DNA of 64,000 nucleotides from Methanobacteriota archaeon. GTDB lineage: Bacteria; Myxococcota; UBA727; JABDBI01. The DNA lies in contig JABDBI010000001.1 of assembly GCA_013288705.1 (NCBI GenBank), positions 9,089-73,088 on the forward strand. The letters are read 5' to 3'. Under the pieces are notes generated by a model. It was not told the origin of the DNA, did not search any database, and saw nothing but the letters and a program-made list of their open reading frames with translations. How positions within the stretch are numbered: the first letter of the stretch is position 1; each line of letters opens with the position of its first letter. A program made the translations under genes and the position numbers. Shown here piece after piece: positions 57,817-64,000 of this stretch.

Positions 57817-58708
57817 TGATTGTAACTTTATACTTTGCTTTCAGCTTCCCCAGCGTCTCTGCGATTGCTCCCGCTTCTTGGTTGCGTCTGAGAATATCCC
57901 GCACGCGCAGACGCGCTTCTTGCTCTGTCTCAAGCCGCTGGGCCCGCTCCTCTATCACCATAAAAATGTGGTAGCCATACTCGCTCATCACTCCATCGGA
58001 GATTTGCATTTTTTTCATGGAAAAACAGTGGTCAAAAACTGGAGGCAGTTGGCCTTTGGAAATCCAGCCCAGATCTCCGCCATGTTGGGAGTCTGGAGAC
58101 TTACCGTACTGATGGGCAGCTTCAGCGAATGCCATGCGACCGCTTTTCAATTCCGTTGACACCAATTTTGCTTCCTCTTCTGTGGGCACTAAAATATGGC
58201 GCACACGGACACGCGCAGGAACAAGACGCAGCGTTTCTTTCTTCACATACGCTGCAACCTGCGGACCAGAAATTGGTGGCAACCGAGCAAACATGTGGTG
58301 CAAGTAGCTATCAATCAATAGATGCCGGCGCAATAATTTTTGATATAAGCTCGACGTCAGGTGTTCTTGATGAAGCGTCCGTCGGAATGCCCCCCAAGGA
58401 TAGGGTCGTGCATTGCGGCTATAGGCTTTTTCTACGTCCTGATCGCTTACAGCAAGACCTTCTTTTTTTGCCGCGAGCAAAAATAGCTCTTCTTCAATGA
58501 GATGCTCAAGAACTATTTGAGCGAGCTTTTGACGATCCCCCTCTAAGGGCAGATTACCCAGCCCGGCCCTAGACAGCGCTGTTTGAAACACAGGCTGTTC
58601 AATCGGCGTGGGACCAACGCGCGCGACCATAGCCTTGCTGGGCAAACCCCTGGGGTCAGAGGGGCAGCCCCAAAATATGAGCAAAGCTATGATACAAAAA
58701 ATACGCAC
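57761..58708 (-). CDS. Parvulin/PrsA-like peptidyl-prolyl isomerase lipoprotein
   Basis: Lipobox FWGC, RHILV, GGDLGW, SEYGYHIF. Confidence 0.85.
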   Translation of the reverse strand: MRIFCIIALLIFWGCPSDPRGLPSKAMVARVGPTPIEQPVFQTALSRAGLGNLPLEGDRQKLAQIVLEHLIEEELFLLAAKKEGLAVSDQDVEKAYSRNARPYPWGAFRRTLHQEHLTSSLYQKLLRRHLLIDSYLHHMFARLPPISGPQVAAYVKKETLRLVPARVRVRHILVPTEEEAKLVSTELKSGRMAFAEAAHQYGKSPDSQHGGDLGWISKGQLPPVFDHCFSMKKMQISDGVMSEYGYHIFMVIEERAQRLETEQEARLRVRDILRRNQEAGAIAETLGKLKAKYKVTINEAAFSHAKTSVSLAKNG

Positions 58709-58721
58709 TCTTTCTTAACTT

Positions 58722-59582
58722 TTAATGTTTCTGGCCCGCTAAAGCTCCACTCAATTTATCTTCGTAGACCACTACGTTGGCCTTCTTTTTTAGTTCGTCA
58801 ATGTACTTTGTAAATGCCTCCCCGCGCTTTTTGTTTGCCACTATCCTGCGAATACCTTCTTTCGCAGAGGCAAAATCCTGTTTATGGGGCGCCCGCACAC
58901 TGTTCTTTCGAAACATATAGTAGCCGTCTGTCCCTTCCACAACATTACTTGTTTTGTTAACAGCCGGAAGGTTCCACAGCGTTTCTGCTGCCTTGGCACC
59001 AAATTTTTTTGTCGCTTCCTCTTTGGTGATAAAATCTGTCTTAGCAAAATTCGTCTGAGAAGCTTCTCTGGCCTTCTTCAGGCTTGCAGCTTTATCGCTT
59101 CCAAATGGCGTCAGGGTAAATTCAGCCTGCACAGCTTCTTCCCTGTTATACTGCTCTTTGTTTTGGTCATAGTAAGCTTGCAAATCTGCGTCGTTGACTG
59201 CTGCTATGAAATTTTTTCCTTGAAATTCGTTCCGTAACACCCGTTCCGCCAGCATTTTTTTGATGCTTTCGCGAACTTCAGGCTGGTTTTGCAGGTCTTG
59301 CCGAATGGCTTCTTGCGCCAGGAGCTCCTGGCGAATTTGCACCTCCAGAAAATCTTTTTGTCCTTCTGGCGTGCTGTATTTGGTCATCCAAAAGGATGGT
59401 TGATGACTCAGCCGCTCCTTGATGTCCTCCGCGGTGATCTCAGTAGCTCCTATTTTGGCCACGGTGTCCCCCTTTTTTGAGACAGCGCGCACGGAAAACT
59501 CCGTGTCATTCTTGCAGGCCCCTAACACCTGCGCGATGACCACCAAAGAAACGATTATGGTTTTTTGATTTCCTCGACTCAT
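58722..59582 (-). CDS. PrsA/SurA-like foldase lipoprotein (degenerate parvulin)
   Basis: Lipobox LGAC, VAKIG…IT, ELLAQEA; third of three tandem foldase genes. Confidence 0.7.
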   Translation of the reverse strand: MSRGNQKTIIVSLVVIAQVLGACKNDTEFSVRAVSKKGDTVAKIGATEITAEDIKERLSHQPSFWMTKYSTPEGQKDFLEVQIRQELLAQEAIRQDLQNQPEVRESIKKMLAERVLRNEFQGKNFIAAVNDADLQAYYDQNKEQYNREEAVQAEFTLTPFGSDKAASLKKAREASQTNFAKTDFITKEEATKKFGAKAAETLWNLPAVNKTSNVVEGTDGYYMFRKNSVRAPHKQDFASAKEGIRRIVANKKRGEAFTKYIDELKKKANVVVYEDKLSGALAGQKH

Positions 59583-59702
59583 ATAAGCCTCCTTCTTTGT
59601 GATTTCTGGCGTTTTCTTCGCAGGTTGTATAGCAGCCGTTTGACCGGCCTTCTCACTTTTGTGTTAGGATCACTTCATGCGCATATAAAAAGGGGGCGCA
59701 AA

Positions 59703-60593
59703 ATGGGCAAATCCATTTTTGTCGCAGACAGTGACGACCAAAGCAGAGAAAAGCTAAAGCGCCTTTTGCAGATCTTTGGTTACGAAGACATTGCTGAAGC
59801 AAAAAACGGTGCCGAAGCACTTGAGAGTATTGCCCGTAAGCAACCCAACATTGCATTTCTCGATATGAATCTAGCTAAGCTTGATGGGCTCTTGCTCTGC
59901 GAGATTTTGCATCATACGCCCAGATTCAAAGACATCTCGGTTGCGTTGATGAGCGCATCCACCGACTCCGCACTGATGGAGAGTGGGCTCACCGCAGGTG
60001 CTTATACGTACCTCGAAAAACCTATTTCTCCTGAGAGCCTCAAGAATGCCTTAGGTGGAAAGTCCATGCTCGCTCCCTCGGAGACCAAATTTCCTGATGG
60101 CATGAGCAAGCAAGCACAAGCAGTTGTTTCTGAAATTGCCGAGTCAGCGCGAAGAACCCTCAACCTTCTCTTTGGCCAAGGCGCAAAAGTAATTGGGATA
60201 GAGCGTGCTTCGGCAGAACTACTCGGTAAGAGCATCGAGATTGTCGGTCAGGTGAAAGCAAATGGAACTGTCCCGGTCGAGATTGGCATGGCCTTTTCAG
60301 AATCATTGGGCAAAGCACTGTGCCGCGCGATTGGTACGGATCCCGTCGATAACAAGGCCATTTTTCAATCTGTCGCGCAGGTTTTAGGCAGCATCATGAC
60401 GCGATCCCTCGGCAAGGTGAGCGAAATTTATCCGGTCACTCCGGAAGAACCTTCGGTCAAAGAAAATTCCACAATTCTCAGTCGCACCAACATCAAAGAG
60501 AGCTATACGGTGCACCTGCGCGCAGCGACTCAGAGTGCGGTGCTGCGAAAACAATTCGGCATACCACTGGTGGTCGCGATCGGAACCGCCTAA
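59703..60593 (+). CDS. Response regulator with CheX/CheC-like C-terminal domain
   Basis: REC (ADSD, FLDMNL, EKP); the C-terminal domain call is by pattern only. Confidence 0.7.
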   Translation: MGKSIFVADSDDQSREKLKRLLQIFGYEDIAEAKNGAEALESIARKQPNIAFLDMNLAKLDGLLLCEILHHTPRFKDISVALMSASTDSALMESGLTAGAYTYLEKPISPESLKNALGGKSMLAPSETKFPDGMSKQAQAVVSEIAESARRTLNLLFGQGAKVIGIERASAELLGKSIEIVGQVKANGTVPVEIGMAFSESLGKALCRAIGTDPVDNKAIFQSVAQVLGSIMTRSLGKVSEIYPVTPEEPSVKENSTILSRTNIKESYTVHLRAATQSAVLRKQFGIPLVVAIGTA

Positions 60594-60602
60594 TACCGAA
60601 GC

Positions 60603-63140
60603 ATGATACTTCACCACCTGCCTAAGGCTTCTGATCTCTCCGCGGAGACTATTCTGAACGGCTTTTTAGATTCTGTCTCAGAGCGTCACATCACACTCTA
60701 TCCGGCGCAGGAAGAAGCAGTTTTGGAGATCATGGCCGGCAAAAACATTATCTTGAGCACCCCCACGGGATCTGGCAAATCACTCGTCGCCACTGCAATG
60801 CATTTTAAAGCACTGGCGGAAGGCAAGCGCTCTTACTACACTTGCCCCATCAAGGCTCTGGTGAGCGAAAAGTTCTTTGCGCTATGTGATGATTTCGGCC
60901 CCGAAAACGTCGGCATGCTGACCGGAGACGCCAGCATTAACCGCGATGCTCCCATCATCTGCTGCACTGCAGAGATTCTATCCAATATGGCACTTTCCGA
61001 AGGCGAGCACGCCCCGGTCGAATATGCGATCATGGATGAATTTCACTACTACTCGGACGCCGAGCGAGGCATGGCGTGGCAGGTCCCATTGCTCATGCTA
61101 AGCAAAACAACCTTTTTGCTAATGTCGGCAACGCTGGGCGATAGCAGCGAGATTGAGGAGAGTCTGAGAGAGCTCAACCATCTCGACGTCGCGGTGATCA
61201 GGTCAAGCGATCGGCCAGTCCCTTTAGACTATTCATATCGTGAAACACCCATTCATGAGACGCTTTTTGATCTCATCTCTTCCCATAGATTTCCAATTTA
61301 CGTCGTCAACTTCACACAGAGAGACTGCACGGAGCAGGCGCAGGACGCGATGAGCGTCAATATCTGCACTAAGGAAGAAAAAAAGAAGATCGAAGAGGCG
61401 TTCGCCGGATTTCGTTTTGACACGCCGTTTGGAAAGGAAATACGTCGATATATCGGACATGGGATTGGATTGCATCACGCAGGTCTTCTACCAAAATATC
61501 GTCTTCTCGTCGAGAAATTGGCCCAAGCTGGTTTGCTCAAAATTATCATGGGTACCGATACGCTAGGCGTCGGTGTTAACATTCCGATCCGGACTGTCTT
61601 GTTCACGAAGCTATGCAAATTTGACGGCCAGAAGACAGGAATTTTGAGCGTCCGCGATTTTAAGCAGATCTCGGGACGCGCAGGTCGCAAGGGATTCGAC
61701 GATCAAGGAAGCGTGGTTTGCCAAGCGCCCGAGCACGTGATCGAAAACAAAAGGGCAGAAAGTAAATTTACAGCCGCCGATAAAGGAAAAAAGAAGAAGT
61801 TCGTTAAGAAAGATGCACCGACAAAGAACTTTGTGTATTGGGATGAAAAGACATTCCAACGTCTCATTGATCAACAACCCGAGCCGTTGTCGTCGAAGTT
61901 TTGGGTTTCCCATGCAACGATCATGTTGCTGTTACAAACCACACCCACAAATGCCAATCCAGGTTACAAAAAACTGATCTCGCTGATTACAAAATCCCAC
62001 GAAGTGGAGAAAGCGAAATCAAAGCACCGCAAACAAGCGGCAATGCTGTTCAAATCCTTGGTGCACGCCGGCATCGTTTCGATTATCAAGAATCGCGAGA
62101 AGGGGGCTCGTGTCGTTGTGAGTGACACTTTGCAAAAAGACTTTTCGCTGCATCATGCACTCTCTCTATATATGCTCGATGCGCTGCGCATGCTCGACAT
62201 GGAAAGCGAGACCTATGCGGCGGACGTGCTGAGTCTCGTTGAATCTATACTCGAAAACCCGACGATTATCCTGCAAAAGCAGGTCGACAAGCTCAAGACA
62301 GAAAGAATGGCCGAGATGCGCACTGAGGGATTAGAATACGAGCAGCGCATGGACGAGCTGGAGAAGATAGAGCATCCAAAACCCCTGCGTGATTTTACCT
62401 ACGGCACCTTCAACGCATTCGCGGACAAGCACCCCTGGGTGGGCACAGAGAATATTCAACCAAAGTCCGTAGCACGTGAGATGTTCGAGCGTGTATCGAC
62501 GTTCAATCAGTATGTTTCTGAGTATGGTTTGCAGCGCAGTGAGGGTCTTTTGCTGCGCTATCTGTCTGGTGCATATAAAGCGCTCATGCAAACAGTTCCG
62601 GATGTCTACAAAACAGACGAAGTACATGACGTGATTGCTTACCTGCGCGCCATGCTTGGCAAGGTAGACACCAGCCTGATCGAAGAATGGGAACAAATGC
62701 TCGCTCCAGCTCCGCAGTCTGCACAAACGGCATTGTCACAAAAACCCAAATTGCCCTTCGATCCAGAGGCAAATCCACGCGCATTTGCAGCCCGCATACG
62801 CGCGGAAATGCATGCGCTAGTAAAAGCGCTCGCAGAGCGCAACTACGACGAGGCCGCACAATTGATCAAACAAGATCCAGATGAGCAATGGACAACGCAG
62901 CGTCTGCAGGAAGCACTCGCGCCTTTCTATGCCGAATATGAGCGAATCTTGTTCGACAACAAGGCACGCCAACCCCATTTCACGCTGATCAAACAAGTCA
63001 GTCCCAAGCAGTGGGGCATCCAGCAAGTGCTACTCGATCCTGCAGAAGACAATGCATGGATGATTGAGGGAACTTTGTTGTGGGGAGAAGATATTTCGCC
63101 AAACGAGCCGATGATTATGCTTGAACGCATCGGCTCGTAA
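60603..63140 (+). CDS. Ski2-like DEAD/DEAH helicase with DUF3516
   Basis: TPTGSGKS, PIKAL, DEFH, MSAT, HHAG, QISGRAGR, RSEGLLLRYL. Confidence 0.9.
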   Translation: MILHHLPKASDLSAETILNGFLDSVSERHITLYPAQEEAVLEIMAGKNIILSTPTGSGKSLVATAMHFKALAEGKRSYYTCPIKALVSEKFFALCDDFGPENVGMLTGDASINRDAPIICCTAEILSNMALSEGEHAPVEYAIMDEFHYYSDAERGMAWQVPLLMLSKTTFLLMSATLGDSSEIEESLRELNHLDVAVIRSSDRPVPLDYSYRETPIHETLFDLISSHRFPIYVVNFTQRDCTEQAQDAMSVNICTKEEKKKIEEAFAGFRFDTPFGKEIRRYIGHGIGLHHAGLLPKYRLLVEKLAQAGLLKIIMGTDTLGVGVNIPIRTVLFTKLCKFDGQKTGILSVRDFKQISGRAGRKGFDDQGSVVCQAPEHVIENKRAESKFTAADKGKKKKFVKKDAPTKNFVYWDEKTFQRLIDQQPEPLSSKFWVSHATIMLLLQTTPTNANPGYKKLISLITKSHEVEKAKSKHRKQAAMLFKSLVHAGIVSIIKNREKGARVVVSDTLQKDFSLHHALSLYMLDALRMLDMESETYAADVLSLVESILENPTIILQKQVDKLKTERMAEMRTEGLEYEQRMDELEKIEHPKPLRDFTYGTFNAFADKHPWVGTENIQPKSVAREMFERVSTFNQYVSEYGLQRSEGLLLRYLSGAYKALMQTVPDVYKTDEVHDVIAYLRAMLGKVDTSLIEEWEQMLAPAPQSAQTALSQKPKLPFDPEANPRAFAARIRAEMHALVKALAERNYDEAAQLIKQDPDEQWTTQRLQEALAPFYAEYERILFDNKARQPHFTLIKQVSPKQWGIQQVLLDPAEDNAWMIEGTLLWGEDISPNEPMIMLERIGS

Positions 63141-63145
63141 AAACT

Positions 63146-63221
<76 letters not shown>

Positions 63222-63284
63222 AAACCTTGAGCTTAACCCTTTATCGGCGTCATATACTTCGGTCAAGGGGATTTTGGGGAAAAG

Positions 63285-63360
63285 TGGCGCGCCCTGCAGG
63301 AATCGAACCTGCGACCCTCGGCTTAGAAGGCCGATGCTCTATCCGCTGAGCTAAGAGCGC
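63285..63360 (-). tRNA. tRNA-Arg(TCT)
   Basis: TCGGC-CTTCTAA-GCCGA anticodon arm, CCA. Confidence 0.96.
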
Positions 63361-63370
63361 CTTTTATATG

Positions 63371-63447
63371 TGGTCGGGGTGACAGGATTTGAACTTGCGA
63401 CTTCTTGCTCCCAAAGCAAGCGCTCTACCAAACTGAGCTACACCCCG
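63371..63447 (-). tRNA. tRNA-Pro(TGG)
   Basis: CGGGGTG acceptor, CTTGC-TTTGGGA-GCAAG anticodon arm, CCA. Confidence 0.95.
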
Positions 63448-63500
63448 TAAAGACCACCGGCTATCTATGACATTCATCCTAAAAAGACAAGATGGAGTTC

Positions 63501-64000
63501 TCATCCAATCTGCTTAATCGCTTGGAGCAGGTTTGCCTTCTTTTGCTCAAGCAGAATCAACAGCTCACGGCTCTGCGACACCACTTCAGGCGGCGCTTTC
63601 TCCACAAAGCTCGCGTTGTTTAATCGGCCTTCTAAGCCAGCGTGTTCTCTTTCTAACTTTTGCAGCTCTTTTTCGAGGCGTTGTCGTTCCGCGCCGAGAT
63701 CAATAAGCCCCTCCAAAGGCACAACAACATCCATATGCGCATGGGAGTTCACCGCAACATTCTTGGGAACATCGACTGTCCCACGTTTGGCAATTTGCAG
63801 ATCCTGTGTAAGTGCCAAAAACTGAATTTGTGCGGAAAAATTCTGCAACAATCGCAAATGATCTGGATGATCCACCAAAATGATCGCCGGTACTTTCTTC
63901 TGCGCAGGCAGGTTTGATTCTTGACGCGCGTTGCGAATCATCACGATCGCTTCTTGCACCAACGTCACGTCGCGCTCTGCATCTGGATCTACCAGCGAAG
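63501..64000 (-). CDS. valS: Valyl-tRNA synthetase, C-terminal part (runs off the window)
   Basis: IRNAR, LEGLID…ERQRLEKEL…LNNASFVEKAPPEVV coiled-coil arm. Confidence 0.92.
   Translation of the reverse strand, partial: SLVDPDAERDVTLVQEAIVMIRNARQESNLPAQKKVPAIILVDHPDHLRLLQNFSAQIQFLALTQDLQIAKRGTVDVPKNVAVNSHAHMDVVVPLEGLIDLGAERQRLEKELQKLEREHAGLEGRLNNASFVEKAPPEVVSQSRELLILLEQKKANLLQAIKQIG

Overview
Compact chromosomal window from a diderm bacterium. Its gene content (TIGR04551-like barrel, DUF507, GYF/TPR protein, three tandem SurA/parvulin genes, DUF3516 helicase) suggests a Myxococcota-like deltaproteobacterial lineage; this is inference, not a database result. Housekeeping genes: dnaE, pth-rplY-prs, ahcY, ttcA, lysC, mnmE/mnmG, feoAB, chdC/hemQ, ribA, the 3' part of valS and 8 tRNAs. 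I saw no CRISPR array, rRNA, integrase or transposase. The best candidate for a new system is a DUF692 (MNIO)-DUF2063 RiPP cluster 16 nt downstream of ahcY. Its 84-aa precursor has EGKCG-type repeats diversified into vicinal Cys-Cys motifs behind a possible lipoprotein/Tat signal. Second is an orphan NHLP-leader RiPP precursor with a Cys-free 19-aa core next to an M61 peptidase. Also notable: a pair of eukaryote-like glycosyltransferases, two unexplained 52-nt intergenic structured elements, a Firmicutes-like ChdC, a tRNA-Arg(UCG), and convergent gene junctions that nearly all overlap. Family calls come from motif recognition by eye. Several start codons were moved from the ORF track using RBS and stop/start-overlap evidence.
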